Shown in pieces: positions 1 through 14,000 of a DNA stretch of 64,000 nucleotides (the stretch's first letter is position 1; each line of letters opens with the position of its first letter). The notes below the pieces were generated by a model. That model made no database searches and had not been told where the DNA came from. It saw nothing but the letters and a program-made list of their open reading frames with translations. This DNA is from Haliotis rufescens (taxonomy: Eukaryota). The position numbers and the translations under genes are program-made. The stretch lies in the NCBI RefSeq assembly GCF_023055435.1, contig NW_025963990.1:1364001-1428000 (forward strand), written 5' to 3'.

Positions 1-139
1 TAACAAAGGTGGAAACTTAAGTTAAGTTTAAGATCCCTTGTTAAGTTTCCACCATTATTGTCTTATTACATAAGTTGTTCTTACATGTACATTGGAGCTC
101 GATAGTCATATGTTGTCGTTGTACAAAGGCAATGAAAAC

Positions 140-1270
140 TGTTCATGGTCATGTCACATGAGGCCACAAGGTTGCGCTGAACTCGGGCAGCAATGACGGC
201 TCTACATCTCCTCGGCACTGGCTGGATAGGTGTATGAATTCTGTCCTGCGAAATTCTGCGCCATTCTGCTTGTAACGCGTTGGCCAGTTGTGGGAGTGTC
301 TGCGGCGTGTTCTGACATTGACATACACGTTAATCGAGTTCATCCCAGTGGTGTTTCGATTGGGTTGAGATCTGGAGATCTCGATGGCCAGGACAAGATG
401 TTGATGTTGGTATCATGAAGGTAGTATACCGTGACACGAGCTGTGTGCGATGGAGCGTTGTCCTGTTTAAACAGCTCCTCCTGGTGGTCATTGATTGGGA
501 GAGGGCTAACTTGAAGAATTTGATTCATGTAGCGATTTGCTGTCAAATTTCCCTGAACCACAACAAAGTCAGATCTCATGGTGTAGGATATGGACCCCCA
601 CACCATTAAACTACCGCCACCGAAATTGTCGAATTCACGTACACAAGGTGGGGCAAAACGCTCATTTCGACGACGATAAACACGTTGTCTTCCATCTCGC
701 CGCTGTGGAAGAATCGTGATTCGTCGCTAAACCACACTCGTCTCCAGTTTCTCAAATTCCAAGGCTGTACGGTATGGTAGCGTCGTTGTCGATGGATCGG
801 TTGCAAAACAGGGACGATAAATGGTCTTCTGGGTCGGATTCCGGCCTCGCGAAGATGGTTCCTGACAATCTGGTCCGATATCCTCCTCAAACCAGGGATG
901 CGTCCTGTAGTGTCCGTAGCTGTGGCATTGCGATGACGAAGGTGGAACAGTCGAATATAGCGATCCTGTGCAGGGGTGGTAACTCTCGGTCGGCCGGTTC
1001 TCGAACGGTCTACAGTGGAATTGAACCGTTTGTATCGGTCACAAAGGCGGCAAATGTTCCGATCGGCAGCGCTCAGTCTCGGCATTTTTCAACTTGAAAA
1101 ATGTTGACAATTAAATGACAAATTACTTGCTTATGCTTGCCTTTTTATAGCCACTACCACGAGTTACGAATGCCATAACTTCCACGTGCATTTTGCTTTG
1201 CTGTTTTCCTCCATGACATTTTTGAACAAGTGTGGCAAAATCGACAATGGCTGCGTTTTGATGCATTTAT
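140..1270 (-). mobile_element. Tc1-like transposon, degenerate
   Basis: MPRLS...RTGRPRVTT...VWFSDESRF; MVWGSI...FKQDNAPSH...WPSRSPDLNPIE split over frames; ends approximate. Confidence 0.85.
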
Positions 1271-1544
1271 GTATTTTCCAATTACATATATCCAATTTAT
1301 ATACCGGATTTTCTGTGTAGTCAGGTCCATACATACTACCTGCGCGTTTCTTTTTTGGAAATGTGTATGTTTTGAGCTTCATAGCATTCATTCACCTGAT
1401 AAAGGAGTCAGTATATACTCTGAAACTGTTGTGTTCCTACTACAGAAGTTGATATCCATACATTCTCTTCCTCGTGTTTTAATATTGCTTGTCAATAGCT
1501 AGTAGTAATTTAGTCAGAATTATCTCGTTAGACAGATCTTAGTA

Positions 1545-1977
1545 GTGGTTGTTTACACTATATGTCATGTGTACTCACAGTTTGATGGTGTGGTGAGGGA
1601 GTTGATCATACATTCCAGAGTCCCCATATCATATCAGTAAGTTATAAGAATGGCATGTGTACTCACAGTTGGATGGCGTGATGAGGGAGTTGATCATATG
1701 TTCCCGAGTCCCCACATTATATCAGTAAGCTATAGGAATGTCATGTGTACTCACAGTTTGATGGCGTGGTGAGGGAGTTGATCATATGTTCCCGAGTCCC
1801 CACATTAGATCAGTAAGTTATATGAATGGCATGTGTACTCACAGTTGGATGGCGTGGTGAGGGAGTTGACCATATGTTCCCGAGTCCCCACATTATATCA
1901 GTAAGTTATAAGAATGGCATGTTTTACTCACAGTTGGATGGCGTGGTGAGGGAGTTGATCATATGTTCCCGAGTCCC
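1545..1977. repeat. 88-bp minisatellite (5 copies) made of the exon-30 3' end plus donor site
   Basis: actcacag at 1573, 1661, 1749, 1837, 1926. Confidence 0.9.
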
Positions 1978-2070
1978 CTCTGCCCTCATCCCCCTCTCCG
2001 TCAGCTCCGTCCTCAGTTGGTCGTCCGTCATCTGGTACGGGTTGAAACACGGCTTGTTGTCGATCAACTC
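1932..2070 (-). CDS. Exon 30 with SAP-like motif
   Basis: [28 protein letters not shown] fits the SAP pattern LTxxQLRxELxxRGLxxxGxKxxLIxRL. Confidence 0.65.
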
Positions 2071-5000
2071 CTGCCGCACAGAAAAATGTGTACATGATCA
2101 TAAAATGTGGTCTTAAAGTGTTAGCCCTTGGATAATGTCATGATACAGATTATCGTTAGTGGTTCAAATTACGATTGTTCATATCAATGTTTCACATAAG
2201 CCCAAAATAGAAAAAAACAAACAAACCCAATACCTTTATTGTTCTTATGACCTCGACAACCTGCTCCTGACTCTCGTCAAGACCGAGAATCTCAAGAAGA
2301 TCCATGATAGACCCCATTTTCAGGTTACGGACAGAGAACGTCTTTAGGAAAGTACTAGCCTTCTGGAAAAGGGTTGCCAGAGCTGCAATGGATATTTCGC
2401 AATACTAGAATCTAGGTTCATGAATATAGTTCTCATCCACTTGAAAACTCTTTTTATGTAGTTCACAAGCATTTTGTTATGACTGCATTTACATTTTACG
2501 TGTATTTCGTGTGTGCTTACAATATTTTACGGCATGAATGTCACAAAGAATACAGCATGTATCCCCACGCTTTTACAAAACGTAACAATGCGTATCGATA
2601 GCAAAGGCACCTACGCCCTAACTTGTCAGAGTATCTATTGAAAACACATATACCTTACGGTATACTGTGTGTAGACATTGTAAACCAATACCATCGACAT
2701 CGTTATGAATACTGTGCAGCAATCTTATGAAACTAGGTAAATGTATAAGTGTTCTCGATTATCCTATTCTGCTCACCGCCATCTTTTGTAATCTTTGCCT
2801 TTTCTAGGATCTGTAGCTTTCGAGGCTGCATCTTTTGGAACATAGAATCTGGCTTAACTGAAATTAGAATAAACGTATATAAAACAAAAGCAGGTCAATA
2901 CATAACCCTTTCCATAATCATTATGAATATATACTGGAAGCAGAATCCATTGTACGAGTTTGACTACTTTATATCATAATCATGTGTTTATGAATCACTG
3001 TCAAATAGTCATGAAACCAAGAGTTCGTGTTAAAGTGCAAGGCAAGTTAGGTATTCATCTGAACAAGTTACAAAAAAGCAAATTGCATCTGACATAATTT
3101 TGGACACTGATACGTCAAAGTTTGAAATGTATATATGTCTTCCGCAAACGTTTTGAAAGTTTTTTTCTGAGGCATCGGATGCCGTAACCCTGATCAAAGA
3201 ACGTTGGATAGTTGGAGCTGCTGTAAAACTTTCGACATAAAGGGAAGGTGGACTGTTGGAAAGTTGTTGTCATTTCTCTTCTCATACAGTCCTGTGTTGT
3301 CAATATGTTTGCACAGATAAAAAATGTAACAGGTGAGGTGGTTGCACTGGTCGCTTACATTTCTATCTCAGTTGGTTAAATAGGTGTAAGGGAATAAGTT
3401 ACCTGTCCGTTATTGAACGCTATAAGATCGTCGATGTACCCAAAACTACAGTAATACGTCAAATTTCCGTGTTTGCTTTGCGGATCGAGCAGAAATGCCG
3501 TCTCAAATGCATAAAGAAACATATTATCTAGGAAGGGAGCACAAGCGAAGCCCATAGGGATGCCTTCTTCTTACCTACATGTTCCATCCCTAATTTTCAC
3601 ATGGATGTACATTTCTACAGGTGAACAACTAGTTTATTTTAGTTAATAAATCATTTACAGGTTGTATGGTTGAGATATTGTCAGTCAGTCAGTCAGTTTA
3701 CTTACTCAAACACTGAAGTTGCATGGGTGCAATGATAAACACTAATAGTTTTAAACCGTTTTTCTTATATAGACGTCCCCAAAACAATACAGTGGTAAAT
3801 AGTTACCTCCGTTCAACGGGTAACTTCTGGTAAATAAAAGCAACAAAATCCTTTCCATATTCATAAGAAATCTCTGCCAAAAACCTAGTGGATTGTAAGA
3901 TTCGGTCTATATCATGACATGACAAATAGTGACAGCGGGTGTTCGCGAAAAGGTGAGCGTATCCTGCTACAGCAGTGGCGCACGTCACAAAAACACGCAA
4001 ATACACGGTAACATATGGTACAAGGCAAAATAGACAATTGTATCGAACATAACTTTTGTCACCGTAACGTCAAATTTGGAAATGTCCTCCTCATGTCTAC
4101 CATAAAACTTTTTAAAAGCTGTACTTGGGCCTTGAATGTTTTAACCCTGATCAAGCTCAAACCTTAAACCTCAAAACAGAAGTTCCCTACCATTTTCTGC
4201 GTCGGCGACAGAGAAAGGATCTTTTGGGGAATCAATATCCTCGGGATTTTCAATTTCTTTTCCTTCTCTCTTTGGACTGGTGTTGTTTTTCTTCTTACCA
4301 TCCAGACATGCAATGCAGCTTCCAGCTATAGTCTTGTCCTGAGCAAGAAATTGGAAATCAGCCACATCTATTCTATTGCCTTTTCTCTGTGATCGGCGTC
4401 TTCCTCCCGTATTATCATTTCCCACGCACTTATACATGTATTTGCATCTTTATACCAATTAATAATTGTCTTCTTTGACACAGGATGAGATGAATAGTAA
4501 AATGTAAACTGAGCAAGTATACGTACATGTTTATGAGTATATCTTTGTAATAAAATATAGGGCAAAACTTCATTTACCATAAGCATGACCTTTTGGTCGT
4601 CACACTCTTGCACCCAAACTGGGAGCTTGGGTAATCTGGGCTCAAGGTAGCGTGTTGGGTCGATGTAGCCGTCCTTCCGTTTCAGGGAGAAGTGGATGTG
4701 TTCGTTACCTCTGCACGGAGAGTTGGTCGCAACGCCTATCTTCTGCCCAGCACTCACCTGGAGGAGATGTCCAATTATATTGAAAAATAAAGAACAAACT
4801 ATACATTTATATTTTAGAAAAATAATCACACGAAGTCTCATATCAGGCAATAGACCTCCCCACCCTCATTTCCCCCTCAATTGCTTATACTTATAATGGG
4901 AGAGTCTGGTATGGTTAACGTGGAGGCTCTTCATGATAAAAGTTAATTGTGCACTTTTGCACACATGTATTTTTCTGATGATCCTCCTGTGAAGCATGTC

Positions 5001-8000
5001 AAGACTGAAAGTATTCCACAATTATCGTAAACGAGCCAAGGATGTAGGACATAATCTCAATGTCAATGTATCACTCTTCATCCTGGATTCCCTGAGTAGG
5101 CCCATCTCGGAAGCTTGACTGTCGCCGCTGGGTGAATATATTATGATCACTGTCGTTTGCTATCACCACTGTATTTTTCGTATTTGATTGGAGCCATTGG
5201 ATATTGTACTACCTCTCTGTTGTGTACCGCCATTGTACTGGCTATGCAGTAATTTGTATTTAATTGTAAACCTCGTGAATTTTGTAATACATGTGATGAA
5301 TGTATACAACTTGTTGTTTGTTTGTTGTTAATCTCAATGTCAGTGTTGATTTTGTTGAATGTGCAAGTGAAGTGCAATATCAAGTTTTTCAAGGAGAGGC
5401 TATCTGAACGACCACTGCATCGAATTTATGTGCAGTGTGTTGAGAAGGTCAGCAACCCGACAGAGTCCTTTGCTTCAATGAAATCGGCTGGCCTGAAAGA
5501 GAAACAGAAGGCTTTCTGTTTGTTGCTCAGGACCAGTCACTTCCCACTCGAAACCTTTAATGTGTGCATCAAAATGTAAATATGAAATGTAGATTATGTA
5601 ATAAATTTAATGAGACTGACCAACACATTGTCAGTTGATGCCGAGCTTTGGCACAAACACAGTATCTTAAGCGACATGATGGAGTGGCTCGATCTTTTTA
5701 TTACCGTCTTCGCCATGCAGAGGTCCACCGATGGTACGACCCGGAATATGTAGAGGACGTCATGGAAAATGATAAGTACAAAATTCTTTTGAATAGGGCC
5801 GTATACAGCCTCAAACGTATCCAGGCAAACAAACCTGATCTTATACTATTTGATAAATCCAATGAAATCATTTATATCATTGAATTGTCTGTACCTTTTG
5901 TCACTAATGTGATTGACAAGATTCAGGAAAAACATGGCAGATATGTGGACCTCGCTTTCGAAATGTCCCACTTGCATCCCAAGTTCCAAGTTGTTCGACT
6001 CCCTATTGTTCTCGGTGCCTTAGGTTTGGTACCTCCCAATCTGTCGACAGACATTGGGAGAGTACCCGACTTTGCTATCAGGTATATAGGCCTTCTGACA
6101 ATCTGGGTAATGCAGAAGGCTGCCGTGTTGGGGAGTCTTCACATTCTCCAAACATTTCTGGGTGGGTTCGACTGGGCAGTGCTTCCCATTCGCTGTCTGT
6201 GTTGCGTGTTGAGGGGGCAAGGGTCCTGAGCTGATGATGAGCCTAACCAGCCTGGCTGTTCAAGGATATCCCAAATCGTCTTTGCTACATTTTTTAATTT
6301 TAATCTGTAAATAATAATAACAGCAATAACAATAAGATTTATAAAGTACCTAACATCCATCAAAGTTGCTCAATGGCATTATTACAAAGAACAGAATATA
6401 CATATATACATACATACCTGAAAGAATTTTACTGATACACAGCGCTTAAAGTCTCATGGGTATATACAACGTTGCATATTTGGATAGAGTGTGACATGGT
6501 TAATGCAAATATCGTATTCAAAACATCGAAAGCGGCACTATTAGCACTTTTTTCCTGTCTATCAATTTGGAACATTGAAACGAAAATAGCTTAGGCGGAG
6601 CTTTCCATGTATGGTTTTGTTGGAGGAAATTACCTCCAAAAGTACATGCTCTATCGCACAACAAGCCCGACCCTCCGTTCGCACACTAGCACGGTCATGG
6701 TCAGCTGCACTCGTTCTCGGCAAAGCTGACCACTTCTTCACCCTTTTTATCCCTTTCCACAATTAGCAATGACCATTTGTACACTGTACTTTCCTTCGTA
6801 TAATTGCGATTAAAGGATTAAAAATACTCTTCTTTTAACAACGGAAATGTGACACAAGGACATTTATATTACATATGTAGGTCATTATTCGGTGAGAAGA
6901 CGATGAGCAAAACATGCATATGCTTTGTCTTCGAATGCGTTTATTATTTGCGTAGCGGTACTCATCTCATTTATTTTCCTGTAAGACTTTTCTTTGTATA
7001 CATATTACCTGCTCCGTGTATAAATACAATTATGAAGCATAGTACTGCTTCGTTTCTTTTTCACGATGTCGTGAGCTCAAATCAATGTCCCACATGTTTA
7101 CAGGCTATAAACAGTGAGGAATATTGAAAACCTTACCTCAGGTTGTTTAGGATATGTTTAATTTTATATAAATACTTTGAGAATTCAATAACAGTGAGAT
7201 GCCACGTTATTTCATCAATGTCCTTGTTATCTGCACCAAGAAAGAATGCTAACATATCATGGGCTTCCAACATCTCTATTTTAACATACATTTTAACATC
7301 AAAATTATCAATTAGAGTGGAAAAGAATACATCTCTCTCTGAAAGTAGAAATTCACAGTTTAAGATGACATGGTGATAATAATCATGAGCAAAAGTATTA
7401 CATTTTGTACATTCTTTAGATATTTTGCTTCTGGATCCAATAATATAATGTATTTCTTCTCTAATTTCGGTAAAAAAACATTACAATGCTGTATAACACA
7501 TGAGGAGTAAGTGTTGTGTGAATTTTAGAATATCGAATAGCTCTACATGTTCCTCGTGTGTAGTTATTTCATTTAACACAATCTTTCTCCACTTAGTCTT
7601 CGCGGGGATTTTCCCTGTGCCAACGTAGTGAAATACATAATGAAGAAAGTTATATTTCTTGGCTGTTGAAAGCAACACTCGACATATACTTTGTAAATTA
7701 TCGTTATGAAAGTTAAGAGTGAAGATGATGCGCAGAAAACAGTTTTACAAATTGAGACACATGAGTTGTTGCAGAGATGCCCCAGCAGCTGTAGTCTACA
7801 TTCATCTATATAGCCAACCATGCTCCAAAGTTCTAGATTAGCAAAAGTGGCATCAGTGGGGGAACGTTTGTCAAACCCTTGTACAATCCCGGGAAAGCAA
7901 CGCTGGGTGCTTTCAGCTAATTCAAGATAGTTGCCATGCAGAGGAGGTAGTAATTCATTTTCATAAAAAACTTTGTTGTTAAAATAATTCTTTTCCATAT

Positions 8001-11000
8001 CTTAATACTTGCATACTGATGTAAGTCACTACTATTTAGACAAACAGAGAGTAGGAATTAATAGTATGGCTTGCTTTTGTGCTGCTCTCTTCAATATATA
8101 ATTTGAAAGAACGATTATTTTGTAGAACAACACCCGCATATTTCACATTATCAAACAAAGGTGTCATAATCTCCAAAGTGATAAGCATGCGTACACAATG
8201 ATTGCTTCTTTTTATGAAACACAACAATTTTACTTGTTAATCGGCATTTGGATGCGTAATTAGCAACTGTATCTAAAGCTGTTTGTAGACATTTAGGGCT
8301 GTAACTGAGTAGTATCACAGCAAGTAATACGCATGGTAACCTAACATTATATATAACATATTCCTGTATCTAACTGCCGAAGCTCAGTTATGAGGTCATT
8401 ATGTACACAAGTTAAAGACATGCTGAAATAACTCTACCCTGACCTATACCTTGTCTTACAGCAAATACATCAGATTGCTCGCCCTTACACTGAACACGCG
8501 CATACATGGAAGTATAACAGTGATGTAACAGAGACCACATTTTACCTCTAATACCAAGATGATAGAGTTTTACGAAGAGACCCGAATGCCATATTTGATC
8601 AAAAGCTTTCTCGTTATCTGGAAATGCTGTGTTGATACATGATCCCCTGTTAACATAACTTTGTACATATTCAATGAGGGTAAATAGCGACATGACAGCA
8701 CCGTGCTCCTTCCTAAAGTCAAACTGCAAAATATCAGGAAAATTACAGGCATTTCGGGATGTCCACGTTTCTAATCCTCCTAGGAGAACGGATTGCTTCG
8801 TTTGTTCAGTTTATTTTCCCCAAAACACATTATCCTGTTGCAGCCTTGTAATATGACTACGTAGATTAATCGACATGTCAGAGACTCTGTGAATACATGT
8901 CATTTGGTGACGTGTTACATTATGCAATACACATGGCTAAGTGTTTTATGATACTGGGCCTGACTGCTGGCATACATTAGGTGAGACAAATACCATTCTG
9001 GGTAAATACCACTCATTGGCTACAAAATTAAATCGATATACACCAAAGGTCTTCCCAGGTGTAAAGTAACGATCCGGTATATTCTGTATCCGGCTGGTGG
9101 TAATACCCAATCACCTTAATGCGTATTTTTACAACAACGCTAAGTTTACGTTTTCCCTTTTTTTGTCTCGGCCATCGTATTGCACATCATACTAGCTACA
9201 TAATGTTGTAAGATAAATGTATTTTAATGAACTTGATAAGTTTTAAGGTGAGATTTAAATGTTTCTACTGAAGAAGTCATTCAGATTTCAGGACAGGAAA
9301 GAGGAAAAGCACGTGATTTTAGAAGTGTTGAACAAATTCATTGTGAGAGAAGGGCGTCAGATGATGGGCGGATTCTGCGGCTGGGTTTGTAAAGGTTGGC
9401 GAGTTGGTTTGTTTGTTGTTTAACGCCACACTCAGCAATATTCCAGCTATATGACGGCGGTCTGTAAATAATCGAGTCTGGACCAGAAAATTCAGTGATT
9501 AATATCATGAGCATCGATCCACGCAATTGGGATCGATGACATGCATCAACCAAGTCAGCGAGCCTGACAACCCGATCCCGTTAGTCGCCTTTTACGACAA
9601 GCATAGTCACCTTTTATGGCAAGTATGGGTTGCTGAAGACCTCTTCTACCCCGGCGTCTTCACAGGATTGTTGCTGGTAGGGGAATAGTACAACCACTGT
9701 TCATTTAAATAATGCCATTGTACTTACACTTCTACTTAATTTTGTACTGCCACTCCATTGTGTAAGGCCATTGTAACTGCTGTGCAGTAATTTGTATTGA
9801 TTTGTAAACCTAGTTAATTTGACGGTAAAATTTGTTAATTGTATTATATTCCTTGTTGTTTGTTCATTTCACACTTTTACATACAGACTTCTGGGTTAAC
9901 TTTTTGTTTCAATTTGGAAGTCGAGAACATGGTTCTTAACGTCAACAATGAGATGTAGTTCCAGGTGTTATTCGAGTTTATAACCTTCGTCCAAGAAGGT
10001 TGTTCAGTGGCAGAAAGAGCTTGTAAAGTCTACTAACTAATTGAATTTCACTGTCCACTCATACATTAAAATGTTAGAAAACTTTACGAATCAGTTAGTT
10101 TTCACTTTACGGTGGCCTAACGTCCGGAGCTGGAAACTGTTTAGTTGTAAACAATATAATAATAAACTTTATAATATCAGCTTTCTGTATGAGAGAAATA
10201 CTACTTGACATAAAGCAACAAAACATTGACGAACACAACGAATTTTAAACTTTGGTGGGATTCGAACCTGCAACCTCTTGATTAGTAGTCCGCCACGCTA
10301 CCACCTGTTACGCACAAGTGTCCATTTTTCTAGTCACCATTAACTTGGTTATTTGTACATTTTTATGTAAATATTGTACCAAGTTCGTTGTTAGTCCTGG
10401 TGGTATATGTGTTATGCATGTGTCCGTGAATCTTATTTGCACATCTAATTTCAATATATATGGTTGACAGTATTTGTACAGGATAGGAGGCAGTGTTTAT
10501 ACAGTGGAGAAGCCTGTAATGTTTTACCCTTCTGTGTAACTGCATCTTAGACCTACTCAACTGCCTCCTATCCTGCATATATACTTGTCAACCATATAAC
10601 CGTGTTAGAGCCTACACCGAAACGTCGCTCCTAATTGTAATAAAGAAGTTGTTCATCTATATATCTTATCCTTACTTAGTACTCCAACATCTAAATGCCT
10701 CTCAAAGAAGTTATGTTTAAAGGTTTTTAACTTCTAAACATGCTTGGATTATGGGGATGTTGTTTTTAGATGGTATTCAAGCTGTTAGGCGATAGCTCAT
10801 TTCATGTGTTTATACTCTTTACGTGTTTAGAAAGAACACTTCAAATGTGCACACTGTTTAGGATTGAAACTCACTCCTAAACATGGCTTGTATGTGTTTA
10901 CATTCTTATCACATTTTTTGCAGTGTGTTTTTTGTAGTGAATTATATTAATTTTATAAGTGGTATTTACTAATTTTCAGCATCTTCGTGCAATCAACCAG

Positions 11001-14000
11001 GCCTAATAGTAAATTCGCTGTTTACTAACCTTCTGGTCGCTGCTACTAATTCAGTTAGTAGAATTCACTTGACCTTTTTCTCAGTATTACTATCTACACT
11101 ATAGTTTAAGTTACGACTTACTAGGCTGTCGTCATCCACGTTTGGGTCGATATTGGTTATGATGACCTCAGTTTCCTTCAGAGATCCTGCATTCGGGATG
11201 ATGATGACCTCATATGGGTTGTCAGACCGCCTGATGTTGCCAGAAAACGGAGCCACAATCTGAGGAGATTTAGTTCTGTTGTTATGGACATCACTGTTAC
11301 GGATTATCTGTTCCGAGTGAATTATTTTTTGTATGTTCGGATTCTTGGAGTCTTGGCACAGAATAAATAGGCAAATGGAAATTTTATTTTCCCGACCTAT
11401 GATAATTTGTCAATGAAAGTTAATCATGTCGTAATACATGTACATGCTCTACGTGGACTTTTCAAAAAGGAAAAGATGAAAAACCAAAGCAATTTCTTTA
11501 AAGGATTGTGGAATATGTGACGGATCATCACTCCTCGCTTGACTTTGGCAGAGGTACTAGGTTGACCGCAAGGAACTCTGGGAAGGAGAGTGGAACAACT
11601 TTGGAACGAACGAACCAGTCAACATGAAGCAAACGGTATAATGTTCAGTTGGAATAACTGAAAATATTACTCCTTTCACCGTTTTAAATTTCAAGATAAT
11701 AATTTGAAATTTCACGTTACAGAAGTTGAAATTTCAAGAAGAACATATTTTTATATCTCAGGATGTTAACTTATTAACTTGAAACTTCAACTTATTATCT
11801 TGAAATTTCAACTGATTATCTTGAAATTTCAACTGAATATCTTGAAATATCAACTGAGTGTCTTGAAATTTCAACTTATTATCTTGAAATTTCAAGATAC
11901 TAAGTTGAAATTTCCAGATACTAAAAAAATGGTTCCGTAGATACATGTACCACGCGGCAGACTTTGCGAGCCGACTAGTCTTTGGTATTTTCCCCTCATT
12001 GCCAAGCTCCAGGCAGGGTAACAACAAGTACTACCTTTTAACCTCTTTTAATTTGATAAGACACGGCCGGGGATCGAACCATTGACTTTCTACTCGACCA
12101 TCCGTCTACTGGAGGCCGTCTGTGAGCTTTAGGTATTGTGCCTGACGAGCAAACGCTTTAAGCACAAAACTACTTTGACACCTCTTCCTTCAGAGCTAAA
12201 CGCCCACTTCCTTAATATGAGAAATACTTATTCCTTTAGATAAGAAATAAATCAATTCTGGTATTGATATTATCTTTGGAATCAAATTGTTAGTTTAGAA
12301 AAACAGGTGAAATACATGTACAATGCATCTTTTAAATATTTTTGTTGATAAAAAGTAACACACAAGTTGTTTTCGCTTAATATAAGTAGACGATGTTAAT
12401 CGCCAAACGGTGCTCACGTCTTTGCCAGGAGATACGGTTACATCTATTCCTTTATGCTCGTATTCCTTCCCATTTTTCAATTCGGAGGGGTAGCTGCCAC
12501 TTCCACTGCATCCTGCCCCAGCAATTCGATGGGTGCGGGGGAACTCCTTATGGCACTTGGGGCCGAAGACAAGGTCGATAAGGGAGCGGGCAACACGGTA
12601 TCTGCAAAAGTATGACATCATACGTAGAAAAGTTACATTAGGCCAGCTACAAAATATCCCAAATTCCTATCTCAATAACTTCCCATCATAAATAAAAAAT
12701 AATAAAGAGTCCAGATAAAAAACAATATGAAACACTAGTAGTCAAGACAGCGTTGCCAAAACAAGTATTGCTACTGGTTACACTAACAATAATGTAGGTG
12801 TAATTCAAATGTATACAACGACACCCAACTATGAAATATAATGAATGAATAATGCTAAGCCTTTAGGAAAAACAAAACAAAACAAAACTGAGCCTAATTA
12901 AGGATAGCGATATTACTAATCAATCAACAGCAATCATGTTTATTAAGTGTAGGCCTATCCTTACCCTGCCTTCAGAGCGTTGTAAGCTGTCTTCACGTCG
13001 TTGATTAGAGCTTTCACCGTTTTGAAAGTTTCCAAGAACTTCACTCCCAGTTTCTTCAGAGGTTCAAGAGGAGCCAGGACTTCATCAACAATGTCCTTCA
13101 GCTTGTTCACAACTTCATGTCTCAGCGCAGTCTACAACATTTGAACAGTATGGCACAATTTGCATAAATCATTAGTTCTAGAGTAACTTGCAAAACATTA
13201 AAGTGGTAAAAACAGATGTGAAACACATGTTCAACTTCTGGAAACGAAAACCTAAAAAATAATTTTCATTCGGAAATAGAAAATGTTTTCGACATATTTC
13301 GAACAATCGCACAAATGCTAAGTGATCTAAAAGATTCTTTGGTGTCCATCATACATTCATGCTTATATTTAACATATGTTCCAGGGCAATGGAGGCAAAA
13401 TATATATCCATCTGGTCGGTTGCCTGGTTCACCTGGTGTATAAGCAATGAGTGAATGTTGTTCATTGGCTGTGAATAATTCAGTCTGGATAAGGCGAATC
13501 AGTGACAAATTTATTTGGAACGAGCCATAGCATGATGATACTCAATAAGCCGAGTACAGAGTCTGATAACTGATAGTCTGATACTTTATGCAGCTGTTGC
13601 GTCAAGCATGGGATACTGGGGGCCTTTTTTTCACTAGATTCCTGTGGGACAAGTCCATATTACAACATCCCATTTAGTGATGCCAGTGTCTTTTGGAAAA
13701 GTAAGATCTTGCTCTAGTGCATACAAAACATATACATGCTATCGAGCCACTCACAGCGTTAGTCTTCCCCTTGGAAAACTCCGCTACAGGGTCCCTCGTC
13801 CGGTTCATAACCTCGTTGATCCACTTATTCCCACCTTTCTGCAGTGTCGTCTTTGCCCTTGACCCCGCCTCCACTATCTCTATCACCTGGGAAGCTAGGT
13901 TCATCCAGTCAGGGGGCGTTTCTGTTGTAGCAGGTAAAATACAAGCGTCAACCCTGCTATTAGAAGTATTCTATTTATATGAAATATGTTACCTGTGTGT

